NCBI RefSeq assembly: GCF_004010195.1
Contig: NC_057710.1
Location: forward strand, 148,954,554 to 149,018,553
Direction of reading: 5' to 3'
DNA: 64,000 nt
From: Chiloscyllium plagiosum
Lineage: Eukaryota
Shown here: one piece after another, positions 27,167 to 40,659 of the stretch
Layout: every line of letters starts with the position of its first letter
Numbering within the stretch: position 1 is the stretch's first letter
The notes under the pieces: model-generated
Seen by the model: the letters and a program-made list of their open reading frames with translations, nothing else
What the model was told of the DNA's origin: nothing
Database searches by the model: none
Program-made: the position numbers and the translations under genes

Positions 27167-27559
27167 GAAGGGAAAACAGTATCAGCATGCAAACTATATT
27201 CCCTGATCAGCAAAGAACTGAAAGAGAGCAGAATGAACGGAAAGAAAATTCAATGACATCTGAGATCCCAAGTGGTGCCAGACTTTTCCCTTCCTTACCA
27301 ATTATACTTTGGTCTTGCCTTGTCTCTTTGTATATTGTTTGCATGTGTATAGCAATTTAAAAAAAGGGGGCGGGTAGGGTTTAAGCTCCCAGAGTTCAAT
27401 GTGTAAGCCTAACAGATCAATCTGCAATCAGAAAGCATACTGGAAATTCTTGTTTTATCTTTAAAAATATCAGCTAGTTTCTTTCTTCATGTGCATGAAG
27501 ATTAAAGTGGAACTTCTGAGATTGCTTGTGTCAGACCTCCATATCCACTAAATCTTTTT

Positions 27560-28850
27560 TTAATTCATTCATGGGAAATGAGTAATCGCTGTCTGGGCTA
27601 ACAATTACTGCCCAAAGCAGGTGTTGGCGAGTTACCTTTTTGAACTGAGGAACTTCAGACCTACAATGCCATCATAAAGAAAGTTCCAAGATTTTGACCA
27701 ACACTGAAGAAACGGTATGTATTTACAAGTCAGGAAGGTGAGAGTGGCTAGGAGAGGAACTTGCAGGCAGCACTCCCATGTATCTGCTACCCTCATGCTC
27801 AGATATGTTAGTGGCTATGGCATTGGAAGTTGCTACCTAAAAGTCCTTGAACTGCTCCAGTGCATTTGCAGATATGACAAAGCATGGGTGATGGAAGGAG
27901 TAGATATGGTGCTAATCAAGTGGGCTGCTTTGTTCTGGATGGCATCAAGCCTGTGGAGTGTTGTTGAAGCTGTACTCATCCAATTCATCTGGGCAAGTAG
28001 GGAGTATTCCATCACACTACTGATATATGCCTTATATAGATGGTGAATAGGTTTGGAGACTCAGGTGAGTTACTCACTGCAGGATTCCTAGCTACTTATT
28101 TATTTATTTGGCCAGACTAGCTCAGTTTCTGGTCAATGTCAATGTCAATCCCAGGATATGGACAGTGATTGCTTAGCGACGGTCATGTCACTGAATGTTA
28201 AAAGGCTATCGTTATATTCTCTTGATGGAAATGGTCATTGCCTGACATGCATGGGTCAAGCCCCTGTATGGAACGTGTTCATGTCTCACTGCATTTGGAC
28301 ATGGACTGCTTCAGGATCTGAGGAATTGCAAATGGTGCAGAACATTGCAGTGAACATCCTCCCCTGCTGGCCTTGTAATGGAGGGTAAGTCATTGATAAA
28401 GTAATAGAGGATAATTGGGCCGAGGACACCACCTTGAGGAATTCCTGTATGGACGTCGTGGCGCAGAGATGACTGACCTCAACCATTTTCTTTTGTGCCA
28501 AGTATGACTCCAACTAGGGAGTTTTCTCCCAGATTCCCATTGACTCCAGTGTTGCTATGGCTCCTTGATGTCACACTCTGTCAAAAGTGCCATAATGTCA
28601 CGGACAGTAACTCTCATCTCATCTTTGAAATGTAGTACATTTTCCTCATGTTTAAAACAAGGCAATAATGAACTCAAGAGCTGAGCAGCCCTGTCAGAAC
28701 CGAAACTGAGCATTAGTGAGCAGGGCAAGTGCAGTTTGGAGGCACTGTTAACAACATCATCTATTACCTTACTGAAGATTAAGAGTAGATTGGTGAGGCG
28801 ATAATTAGCCAAACTGAATTTGAACTGCTTTTTGTGTACAAGACACAACT
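27560..28850 (-). mobile_element. LINE (CR1/L2 group) RT fragment
   Basis: LDAIQNKAAHLI, NYRLTNLLLIFSKVI; antisense homolog of 1850-2540. Confidence 0.7.
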
Positions 28851-29371
28851 GGGTACATATGTAGAAATTTGGAGGTAAGAGTCAACCACATTGCTGTGGG
28901 TCTGGAGCCACACAGAACAGGTAAAGACGGCAGATTTTGTAAAAGGACATTAGTGAACAGAATAGGATCTTACAAACAACATCTAATTTCAGATTTTTAT
29001 TGAATTCAAGTTTCACCATCTATAATGGTGGGAGTTGAACCAAGGCCCCCAGAACAATACCTGGTCTCTGGATTACGAGCCCAGTGAAAATACCTCTCCC
29101 TTCTTGATTATACCTTGCATTATGTGAGAAGCAGTACTAATGTATGAGTCTGGCTCTCCCCTGAATTGAAATCATTATTGAGGCGGTAAACATGAACTAT
29201 GAATTTTCATATCATCCCTCCACCTTTCAATTAGCTTCCCACGACCTGGGTAGAATCAGGAATTCCATTACTCAGACAGCATCTTCAACAAGAGCATTGC
29301 CTTATTAAGTCTACACTTCAACTTAATGGATTCCATTCACAAAAGATTAATAAATGCAACTTCACACTTAC

Positions 29372-29494
29372 CACCAGAGGTTCTTGAAGATGGATCAACA
29401 GCTAGAACAGCAACTTTATGACCCTTCCCTGTCAGCATCTTCCCAAACGTTTCAATAAACGTTGACTTTCCAGCACCAGGTGGACCAGACAGGC
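29372..29494 (-). CDS. MMAA: MMAA coding exon 2 (P-loop)
   Basis: cttcag|GC...GGT G|gtaagt; encodes [41 protein letters not shown] (Walker A, DPSS); 123 nt, phase-compatible. Confidence 0.97.
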
Positions 29495-29538
29495 CTGAAG
29501 GGTAATAATTATAGTAAATTAGAAGTGGCTTTCATTCA

Positions 29539-30424
29539 CAGGTAGTTCTCAAATAACGTACGTTTCGGTAGTGCAATTTGCTTTAACATTGCTGAGGAAT
29601 TAAGGACCGGTATTTTTGAGAATGTTTACCTCTATTCGCGATAGCGCGATTCCAGCAGTGAGCATCCTGCACGCTTCATTCTACGCATGCGCTGATGTTG
29701 GCGCTAACATCTCCACGCCATTCTGCGCATGCACAGATGTCAGCGCTGGCCTTGCTGCTGTCCTACACATGTGCCAATGCTCATGCCAAACTCTCCGCAT
29801 ATGTGCCGATTTCAGCACCGGTCTTGATGCCGTTCTGCACATGCGCTGATGTTAGCTACCAACAAAGCAGCTTTCTGTGAGAAGTACTTTACAGAGAGCA
29901 GCTTTCTGAGAGAGATACATTGATCAGCTTCCTATGAAAGGTACACTACTGTGAGATTATCCCTTTTCTTGAAAAAGAAAATGGAGGGGCATAGTGATAA
30001 TAATGTTAGCAAGAAGCATCCTGGTGATAAAATTGCAGGTTGTGAATGCAAAATAAACGCTATAACACTGGAAGAGAAGCTAGATGTTGAAAAGCATTTT
30101 GAGCATAAAGAGAGAATGAGAGATTTAGGTCGCTTAACACGAGTGAGGGAGTCTACCTTACACACCATGATGACCCTCTGTCTCTGCATTAACAATATTT
30201 TTTAAATGTACTATCTTAAGTTTACTTTGTTTCATTGATAAATATGATTTATACTTTCATTCAGGCTGTCCTCCACTTTGTGTCAGACTTGAGTGATTTT
30301 TGAGCGATCGTGACTGATTCTTATTGTTGGTCTGCCTCAACCCCACTTTTCCCATAGGCTCCATTATTTCGTTTAAACAAGGTTTCGCTGGAATGCAACT
30401 ACAGTGTTACAGAAGAACAACTTG
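29539..30424 (+). mobile_element. Tigger/pogo-like DNA transposon, internally deleted
   Basis: Degenerate TIRs CAGGTAGTTCTCAAATAACG / GTTACAGAAGAACAACTTG|TA; ORF remnant AITLEEKLDV...RESTLHT resembles a CENP-B/psq HTH. Confidence 0.72.
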
Positions 30425-31215
30425 TACATCACAAACGTGGATGCAAATGATTGCCTTGAAAGAGCACTAAATACCTGATATATTTGTCAGAGATATACTG
30501 GAAACTAAATTGCACAATCCTTTCAAATAAACCAAGATCCTTACAACTTTTAATTCATTATCCAGAATAAAAATCATGAGGAGGATTAGGGAAAAATAAT
30601 GTTGTTTTCCTCTCGGCTAGGCTAAGTGCTTTAATTGTGATAAGTATGCACTTTGTATAAACCTTTTTACATGAATTAAATTGCACACAAGTCTGGATTA
30701 TCTTTTATGATCAATTGATTTCAAGATATAAAGTTTAAAAAATGGAAACATAATGGCATGCAATTCAAATCTTGCCAATTTCCAAGAAAATCTGACTACA
30801 GAAACAACAATAGATAAGACCCTCATGTTGAAGGAATTGGATTTTAATACTGGAAAATTTCCTGTGGATGTTAGCACATGGAATATATTCACTAATTGTT
30901 AGTGACGTATAAGAACCCAAATATAAGGACATCACAACACATGAGGACAGGTTGAATAGACAATAGTCTAGCAAATGGACCATAAGATGGGAAAATGAGA
31001 AATTGTGTCATGACTAATAAAAATCTCAACAGAAAACAACTGCAAAATTTCAAGATATAGAAGGATCTAGATGTTCTAGAATATTATTCACAAAAGTTAG
31101 TATGCAAATACAAACAATTAAAAAGCTCTTGATTGCACTACATAATACCTTGTATTAAAAGAGGAATTTAATATGAAGTGGAGGATATTATGCTTTAGTT
31201 TTACCAGGGCATTTT

Positions 31216-31590
31216 AGAACATAGAACACTAGAGCGTAGTACTGGCCCTTCAGCCCTCGATGTTGCATCGATCTGTGAAACCAATCTGAAGCCCATCTAA
31301 CCTACACTATTCCATTTTTGTCCATATGTCAATTCAAAGACTACTTAAATGCCGGTAAAGTTGGCAAGTCTACTATTGTTGCAGGCATTGTGTTCCAAGC
31401 CCATACTACCCCGAGTAAACAAACTACCTCTGACATCTGTCCTATATCTATCATCCCTCAATTTAAAGCTATGTCCCCTTCTGTTAGCCATCACCATCTG
31501 AGGAAAGCGGCTCTCACTATCCAGCCTATCTAACCCTCTGATTATCTTATGTCGCAATTAAGTCATCTCTCAACCTTCTTCTCTCTAACC
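31216..31590 (-). mobile_element. CR1 LINE 3' fragment
   Basis: KIIRGLDRLDSESRFP...RGHSFKL; AGAACAT tail. Confidence 0.8.
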
Positions 31591-32131
31591 TAAGAATTCC
31601 TAGGAGAAAAAAGATACACCCAGATACAATCATGAACAGACAAATCAGAAACTAAAAAGTAAATACTTAAAGGATTTGACAGGATGGATACAAAAAGCAT
31701 GTTTCCCCTAGTTGGGACGTCTAGAATCAGAGGTCAGTCTCTCAGAATAAGACAACTGAAACGAGGAGGAATTCCTTCGCTCAGAGAAGGGGGAATTCTT
31801 CATCCAGAGGACAGTAGAAACTCAATCATTATTATTTGCTCTCAAGATTGACATTTCTAGATTTCTAGGTACTAACAACATCAAGAGATACAGTGATTGT
31901 GTGGGATATGATGCTGTGTTCATGATCATCTGTTATCAAAAATGGTGGAGCAGCCTCAAGGGGCTCAATTATCGACTGCTCCTATGTTCCCATGTTTTGG
32001 AGCAGACAATCTGGACAGATGCATCTCCAAAAGGCTTGGACCAATATCTTGATGGAGGGACTTTCTAGTGGATTGGGTAGAATTTAAACGAGATAGTCAG
32101 GTGGATGCATGGAAACCTGAATGTGTATAAA

Positions 32132-33533
32132 CCTTAAAAATGTGTTGCTGGAAAAGCACAGCAGGTCAGGCAGCATCAAAGGAACAGGAGAATTGACGTT
32201 TCGGGCATAAGCCCTTCTTTAGGAATGAGGAGGGTGTGCCAAGCAGGCTAAGATAAAAGGTAGGGAGGAGGGACTTGGGGGGAGGGGCGTTGGGAATACA
32301 ATAGGTGGAAGGAGGTTAAGGTGAGGGTGATAGGCCGGAGAGGGGNNNNNNNNNNNNNNNNNNNNNNNNNNNNNNNNNNNNNNNNNNNNNNNNNNNNNNN
32401 NNNNNNNNNNNNNNNNNNNNNNNNNNNNNNNNNNNNNNNNNNNNNNNNNNNNNNNNNNNNNNNNNNNNNNNNNNNNNNNNNNNNNNNNNNNNNNNNNNNN
32501 NNNNNNNNNNNNNNNNNNNNNNNNNNNNNNNNNNNNNNNNNNNNNNNNNNNNNNNNNNNNNNNNNNNNNNNNNNNNNNNNNNNNNNNNNNNNNNNNNNNN
32601 NNNNNNNNNNNNNNNNNNNNNNNNNNNNNNNNNNNNNNNNNNNNNNNNNNNNNNNNNNNNNNNNNNNNNNNNNNNNNNNNNNNNNNNNNNNNNNNNNNNN
32701 NNNNNNNNNNNNNNNNNNNNNNNNNNNNNNNNNNNNNNNNNNNNNNNNNNNNNNNNNNNNNNNNNNNNNNNNNNNNNNNNNNNNNNNNNNNNNNNNNNNN
32801 NNNNNNNNNNNNNNNNNNNNNNNNNNNNNNNNNNNNNNNNNNNNNNNNNNNNNNNNNNNNNNNNNNNNNNNNNNNNNNNNNNNNNNNNNNNNNNNNNNNN
32901 NNNNNNNNNNNNNNNNNNNNNNNNNNNNNNNNNNNNNNNNNNNNNNNNNNNNNNNNNNNNNNNNNNNNNNNNNNNNNNNNNNNNNNNNNNNNNNNNNNNN
33001 NNNNNNNNNNNNNNNNNNNNNNNNNNNNNNNNNNNNNNNNNNNNNNNNNNNNNNNNNNNNNNNNNNNNNNNNNNNNNNNNNNNNNNNNNNNNNNNNNNNN
33101 NNNNNNNNNNNNNNNNNNNNNNNNNNNNNNNNNNNNNNNNNNNNNNNNNNNNNNNNNNNNNNNNNNNNNNNNNNNNNNNNNNNNNNNNNNNNNNNNNNNN
33201 NNNNNNNNNNNNNNNNNNNNNNNNNNNNNNNNNNNNNNNNNNNNNNNNNNNNNNNNNNNNNNNNNNNNNNNNNNNNNNNNNNNNNNNNNNNNGCCCCCAC
33301 CCCCTCTCCGGCCTATAACCCTCACCTTAACCTCCTTCCACCTATCGTATTCCCAACGCCCCTCCTCCCTACCTTTTATCTTAGCCTGCTTGGCACACCC
33401 TCCTCATTCCTGAAGGGCTTATGCCCGAAACGTCGATTCTCCTGTTCCTTTGATGCTGCCTGACCTGCTGCGCTTTTCCAGCAACACATTTTTAAGCTCT
33501 GATGTCCCAGCATCTGCAGTCCTCACTTTCTCC
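32132..33533. mobile_element. Inverted-pair PLE spanning a gap, 16-bp TSD
   Basis: 32133-32345 is the reverse complement of 33293-33496; CCTGAATGTGTATAAA at 32116-32131 and 33532-33547; ~37-nt tail on the right arm only. Confidence 0.85.
32346..33292. other. Assembly gap (N run)
   Basis: Run of N. Confidence 1.
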
Positions 33534-33689
33534 TGAATGTGTATAAAGAAAGAGAACCAAAGCTGGAACAGAAAACACAAAATTAACAACTGAAAGTGGA
33601 AGATCGATGCTTTAAATGGACAAGAGAGCTTTTTAGTGATTAGTAGTATATTTCAATTCAAGGATTCTTAAAAGTCAGAATGTCCTTTA

Positions 33690-35880
33690 ATGTGGCCATG
33701 GATGGATACTAAAATATATCAAAGCTGTTGTTGAAATGTGGTTCAATAAAGAACAGGAATGGCAATACAAAAATCTTTGTCGCAGAATTCGCAAAAGTGG
33801 TAAAATGCAAGATAAAAAACTGGCAAAATTCATCAAAATAATCATGGGTATGAGAAGAGATGATAAGCTAGAAGGAGCATGAAATAAGTCTGACTTGAAC
33901 TGAGGAACAAAACAAAAAAGAGCAATCACTCTGCTGAGAATATAGAATAGATCTCTAAATAGATTGAGGTACCACAGAAAACATTTAAGCAAATTTCAGA
34001 GAAGTGTAGAAAAGAATGGTCGTAATAGCAGATGATCTCTATCTCACAGATTTGAATTGGGAGAAAATCTGCAGCAAAGTGGAGTGTCCCTCCCCAGTAC
34101 TTGATAGTCAGGGGAAGTGCTTTTACACACAGCCAAACCAATTGAGATATCTCTGGTTAGCCATGTGAAGGAAAGAAAGTTGATTACCAATGCTAGCAAT
34201 AGCTCCAGACTATAACACATGCAGAAGTGCACGTGACATCAGCAATTCAGGCTTCGAAAGATCCATAACACCATTACCAATGTGAACTTGGAAGAATTCT
34301 GTGTAAAAAGGTATTAAGGTGCAGATCTCAAAATACATTGGAGTGAACATTTTCAGCCAGAATACATCAAGCTCATTAGAAGAAAGGGCAGATCCGGATT
34401 TGTTGTGGGGGCAGATAGAAAAGAAAATCAATAGTAGAGTGCTTAGTAAAGGTGATCATAATTCAGTTAGATTTAAATAAAGTTATGGACGAGATAGAAA
34501 TAGGCCAATAGTAAAAAAAACTAAATCGGGGACAGGCCAATTTTATTAAGCTGAAATATGAGGTGATGAACAGCTGGGAACAACTACTTGAAGATAAGCC
34601 TGTTTCAGAATAATAGGGGATATTCAAACATAACATAACAGCATCCCACAATGAAAAGGGGAAACAACCTTTCTGCATCTACCCTGCAGGTAAGACTCTC
34701 AACTTCAGATATGCCTGGATTTTAAAGAATATTTAGAGTAGGGAGAGGCAGGAAAAGAAATTTTGTATCAGTTCCAAAACTTAGAAAGCATAAAGTGTCA
34801 GACTCAAATTAAAAAGAAATTACTAAAATGAAGAGTGGGGGTAAAAAATATTTGGTAAGTAAAATAAATGAAAGCATAAGGTTTTATTAATATAGAGGTA
34901 AAACATAACCAATACAAGAGTACGGCTAATTGGAGACCAAAGGTTAACTTTTATGGAAGAGGTGGGCATTGTTTGTGATAAATAGTTTGTTTCTATTTCT
35001 ACAGAAGACGAGTAAACAGACATTTTAGTTCAGGATAATGAAATGAAATTGAATAAACCTTGCAGGTATATAAACCACCAGAACCAGATGAAATGTATCT
35101 TAAGTTATTAAGGAAAGCATGGAATTAAAAGAAGCTGATCATTATTTTACAGTCCTTTCTAGATATAGGCATGGTGCCAGAGGACTGCTAACAAAATAAA
35201 CAGTGAGAGGGGATTGCCAAACAGTCACAAACCACTCAGCCTAAACCCTGTGACAAAACATTGGAAAGAAAATTCTGAAACAGTAGAATACCCAAATAAT
35301 TAAGGACAGTTAGCACGCATAATAGTTGCTAAAGGATGGGCACACCTAGCTAACTGGATTGGAGCTAACAAAAACAGATGATGATGGCAGTGCATTTAAT
35401 ATGGTATGGTATACATGGACCTTAGCAAGATTTCATCAATGTCCTGCATGGCTAACTAGTCTGAGAAGTACAAGTTCAAAGGATTCAAGAGCAAGTAATT
35501 GTTAATATTTAAATTGGCTCAGGGACAAGAGGTAGTGGAGAGTTATAGTCAACTAACGCTTTGCTTAACTGGAAGATCATTTCCAGTGGAATGCAATACA
35601 GTTTAGAATTGGGTTCCTTCTATTTTGGTAGGTGGATGTGCTTTGGACATAAATGTTGGGGGCAAGATGAACATATTTATTGATTACATGGAAATTGCCC
35701 ACAAGAATGATGGTGAGCAATAAAAAGCAATAGACCACAGCAAATGAGCAATGTACCAATCGGATGGGTAGAACGGTGGCAAATGTATTTCAATCCAGAA
35801 AAGTGAAATTAATGCATTTAAGAGAATATTCAGAGGAAGGGAATAGATTTAAATATGGGACTTCTGAAGAGTGCGAATTA
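33690..35880 (+). mobile_element. Old, heavily decayed CR1 ORF2
   Basis: Purine-rich decayed endonuclease/RT sequence (CCAGAACCAGATGAAATGTATC, GGTGCCAGAGGACTG, TACATGGACCTTAGCAAG). Confidence 0.6.
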
Positions 35881-36284
35881 TGAACTAGTGAATAGAGCAG
35901 ACTGTAAGGAAAGTAAGTGATGATGGCAGTGAGGGAGTCAGCAGCAGAGGTCTAAGTTCAGACTGGAGGGGGAAACGATGTTGCTGCATGTGGTTTGAGA
36001 GGGCAACAGGAAGCTGAAGGAAATAAACAACCAATCATAGGCCAGCTAGCTTACTAGGTTATTGGGAAAATGCCCAATATTAATTTTTAATAGCAGGAAA
36101 TTTCAAAATACATAATGTCAACAGTCAGCATGGCTTCACAAAGGGGAATTCATGCATGACAAATTTAGAAGAATGCTTTGAGATAGTAACAAGCAAGATA
36201 GAAAAAGTGGAAACAACTGAAGGGAATATATTGGAATTTTCAAAAGCATTTTTAAGTGTTGGGATAAGGGGGGCATTTTCAGGA

Positions 36285-36627
36285 TGAGTCGAAAAGGGTG
36301 GAGCTAGAAAAGCACAGCAGGTCAGACAGCATCCGAGGAGGAGAGTCAACGTTTCGGGCATCAAGAATAGCAAAGTGCAAGTAACAGAGAACCACAGGGA
36401 TTTGTGTTAAGGCCCCATTTACTTAAAACATGTGACTTTGATAAGGAAAGTGGAGTACACAAAAATAAATGGAAAAGCAAATGGTAAGGATGACTCAGTC
36501 TGCGGAGTTAAGCAAATGAGCAAAACTGAAAAATGTGTTGCTGGAAAAGCGCAGCAGGTCAGGCAGCATCCGAGGAGCAGGAGAATCGACGTTTCGGGGA
36601 AGAAGGGCTTATGCCCGAAATGTCGAT
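36285..36627. mobile_element. Two short PLE pLTR fragments (36285-36360; inverted 36530-36627)
   Basis: AAAAGC(A/G)CAGCAGGTCAG...CGTTTCGGG repeats; the second flips into GAAGAAGGGCTTATGCCCGAAATGTCGAT. Confidence 0.7.
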
Positions 36628-36629
36628 GA

Positions 36630-38872
36630 ATCTGGGTCGTGAATCTGAGATATTCTTTACTGCAAAGTGCTTTAAAAGCTGGATCATTAATAAGACAGGG
36701 TATGTGACTGAAATGACAGTATGGGAACACTTTGGGTATAATGATCACAATCAATTCTATTTGTTTTAAAACAGTGATGGAGAAGAATAAGCCTTCAATA
36801 AAAATTAAAGATTTTAACGAGTAAGGCAATTTAATGGCATGAGACAAGCACATTCAAAAGTTGACTGGAGTAGACTGTTTGATGGCTGATAAGGGGGAGT
36901 CTTTCAAAAGTATGGTAACGAGAGTTCAGAGTTATTATGTTCCTGTTAGAGTGAAAGGTAAGGCTAGTTGGATTAGAGAACAATGGACGAATAAAGTATT
37001 GAAATTCTAGTCAAGAATAAAAGATTAGATATAGACAGCGATATTCAAATGAGTTTCTTAGAACAGTAGAAAGAGTGTAGGGGAATTCTTAAGAGGGAGA
37101 TCAGGAAGGCAAAGAGAGGATATGATGTAGCCTTTGCAAAGAAGGTTAAGGATAATCCAATAAGATTCAGTAAGTACATTAACAGCGAGCGAGCAGAGAG
37201 GGAGTTGGCCCTCAAAGATCAAAGAGGTCACCTTTGTGTTGAACCTCAGAAGATGGGAGAGATAGTAAATGAATATTTCACATGTGTTTTTACTGCGGAG
37301 AAAGAAATGGAGGCTAGAAACAGTTCACATTACAGAAGTGGCAAAAGCTAGAGTTTTAGAAAATTTAAAAGTGGATAAATCTCAAGGACCGAATCTAGAG
37401 TATCCCAGATATTGTAGGAAATTAAGGAAGAAATTACAGAGCCCTTGCAGAAATATTTGTATTATCTATAACTGAGGGTGAGGTGTTGGAGAACTAGAGA
37501 GTGGCTAATGTTGTGCTTTTAAGCATGAAAGGAGAAGCCTGGGAACTATGGACCTGTGAACTTGACATCGGTGTTGGGTAGGTATTGGTGGCAATTCTGA
37601 AAGATAGGATTTATGCGCATTTGGAGAGGCAAGGAATGATTACGGACAGTCAACATGGTTTTGAGAGAGGGAAATTACATCACACAAACTTAACTGAATT
37701 TTTTTTAAGTAACCAAGATAATGGATGAGGGCAGAGAAATAGGCATTATTTACTTGGACTTTAGTAAAGCATTTGACAAGGTTCTGTATGGTAGACTAAT
37801 TAGTAAAGTTAGATCACATGGGATTCAGGGTGAGGTTGCCAACTGGATACAAAATTGGCTTAATGGCAGGAAACAGGGTGGCGGTGAAGGCCTGTGATCA
37901 GCCGTATTCTACAGGGAACAGTGCTGGGTCCACTTTTGTTTGTCATTCATATAAATGATTTAGATGAGAATATAGAAAGCATGGTTAGTAAGTCTGAAGA
38001 TGATATCAAAATTGGTGGTATAATCGTCAATGAAGGTAGTTATTTAAGATTACAAAGACATCTTGATCAGTTAGGTCAATGAGCTGAAAAGTAGCAGATA
38101 GAGTTTAATTTGGACAAATACAAGGTACTGCATTTTGGTAAACCAAACAAGGACAGGACTTATACAATTAAAAGTAGAGCCTTGGGAACGCTGTAGAACA
38201 GACAGACCTACAGGTTCAGGTCCATAATTCTTTGAAGTTTCCATCACATATAGATAGGGCAGTTAAGAACTGGAGTAGCACACCTGCCTTCCTCACTCAG
38301 ATCTTGGGGTATAGGAGTTAGGATGTTATGTTGAGGTTGTACAGGACATTGGTGAGGTCTCCTCTGGAGTACTGTGTCCAGTTCTGGTCACCCTGTTCTA
38401 GGAAGAATATTAAGTTGGAGAGAGTTCAGAACATATTTACTGGGATGTTACTGGGATTGGGAGAGTCTGAGTTATAAGGAGAGCTGGGACTTTTTTCACT
38501 GGTGCTTAGGAAGTTGAGGGGTGACCTCAACAGGTTTATAAAATCATGAAAGGTATAGATAAAGTGAATGGTAGCTGTCTTTTCCCTTGGCTGAGGGATT
38601 TCAAGACTAGGGTCATGTTTTTAAGGCGAGAGGAAAAAGATTTTAAAAATACATAAGGAGCATCTTTTTACACAGAGTGGTTTGTAAGTGGAATGAATTT
38701 CCAGAGAAATTGGTGGATGTGGCAGTTATAAATTTTTAAAAGCATTTGGATAAAGTAAATGAGTAAGGAATGTTTGGAGGGATATGGGCCAAGCACAGGC
38801 AGGTGGGACTGTTTAGTTTGGGATTATGATGAGCATGGACTGGTTGGGGTGAAGGGTCTGTTTCTATGACTA
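36630..38872 (+). mobile_element. CR1 LINE ORF2 (RT) with 3' end
   Basis: KSQGP, QHGF, LDFSKAFDKV, QGTVLGPLLFVIHINDLD...SKSEDD, LEYCVQFWSP. Confidence 0.9.
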
Positions 38873-39916
38873 ACAGATTTGGACAAAATTTTTAATGAGT
38901 AAGAGAATCAAGGGTTTTCGAAAAAAGGCAGGAAGATGAAGTTTGGATCATCAGATCAATCATGGGCACACTGAATGCCAAAGGAGACTTGATGAGCTGA
39001 ATAGCCTATTTCTGCTACTAGGTCCTGCTGTCTAATACATGAGGGGAGGAGGCCACCTCCAGATGGGCATGTGTGGAAAGGAGGCTGCTGCTAAGCAGGC
39101 ACCAGCAGAGCTGACCGCCATAAGTCTGGCTTGGGCAGAGGAGGCTGCAAGATGGCCGAGAGACAAGTGAGCTACAAAGATGAGAAGAGGCTACTGCAAT
39201 GGGTAGAGAATACTTTTTAAACCCACGAACAAAGGAATGCTGTGCTGTCTGGGTTCCAAGAGAAAAAATTAATCACTAAAATCATGAATTCCTTGCAAAT
39301 AAATATGGAATCTCCAGTTTAGGTTGCATATTTTCAAGTACACTTAGGAAAAAAAAGGCAAAGATCCCATTGTGATTGTTGGTGGTTAAATTCAAATCAA
39401 TGTATGATAAAAAGTCTGTCTGGTTTAAAATGTTCCATCTTTGTGCAAAAGAAATGTGACTTAATTAGCTGTGACCTTACTGGTTTATACAAGGTATGAT
39501 TACTTTGATGGTTTTTTTCCTGTGTTTAACCATATATCAACTATTTGACTAAAAGTCCTTGTTGCTAAGTTATATCTGCTGTTTTGTACCAATTTAAAAA
39601 CTGTAGTATCTAGGAGATTAATGCTTTCATTCTGTGCTGCAGCTTTAAGAGACAATTGATTTATTGGGAATAATATGAATTCCTTCTAATTCTGTTCCTG
39701 TGCAACTCCAAATCCCCTTTAAGTCAGCACAAATACAGAAGGTATCATTACTATATGACTACATCACCTAACAAATGAGTTTGCAACAATGATAAAGGGA
39801 GTCCCTAAAAGATCAAAATCTGAAATCCCAAGAGGAGCCCTCAAAAATAAAAACATTGACCACTTTGTTTTTAATGACAATATTGGCCAGAATCACAATA
39901 GTTGCAAAACAGGACA

Positions 39917-40590
39917 CCATCTTCAATGAGTCTCCGAATGAAGCACTGGTGGTGTAGCCCACTTTCTATTTATACGTTTGAGTTTCCTAGGGTTGGTGAT
40001 ATCAGTTCCTGGGGTGACATCATTTCCTATGGTGATGTTGCTTTTTCCAGTTCTTTTTCTCAGGGGATGGTAAATGGGATCCAAGTCAATATGTTTGTTG
40101 ATAGAGTTCTGGTTGGAATGCCATGCTTCTAGGAATTCTCGTGTGTGTCTCTATTTGGTTTGTCCTAGGATGGATATGTTGTCCCAGTGGTGTCCTTCTT
40201 TATCCGTATGTAAGGATACTAGTGAGAGTGGGTCATGTCTTATTGTGGCTAGTTGATGTTCACGTATCCTGGTGGCTAGTTTTCTGCCTGTTTGTCCAAT
40301 GTAGTGTTTGTTGCAAGGTATTTTGTAAATGACATTAGCTTTGCTTGTTGTCTGTGTAGGGTCTTTCAAGTTCATTAACTGCTGTTTTAGTGTGTTGGTG
40401 GGTTTGTGGGCTACCATGATGCCAAGAAGTCTGAGTAGTCGAGGAGTCTTTTCTGAGATGTCTTTGATGTAGGGGAGAGTGGCTAGGATTTCTAGACATG
40501 TTGTGTCTGCTTGTACGTACCTTCCAGCTCAGAGAACAAACCTACATCCAGAACCTCACCCTGAGCTACAAATCTTCTCAAAGCTCGCTA
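39917..40590 (-). mobile_element. PLE GIY-YIG fragment with short inverted terminal tail
   Basis: VIYKIPCNKHYIGQTGRKLATRIREHQ on minus; 40520-40590 is a plus-strand 3' terminus. Confidence 0.82.
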
Positions 40591-40659
40591 ACAGGAAGCC
40601 ATTTAGGCAATCATATCTGGTGCCACTCCCTGGTTTTCTCCTCATAGCATCTTCATGTT

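Noticed and set aside
29670-29855. CRISPR-like spaced repeats
   Set aside because: Degenerate tandem units inside a eukaryotic DNA transposon; no unique spacers or cas genes.
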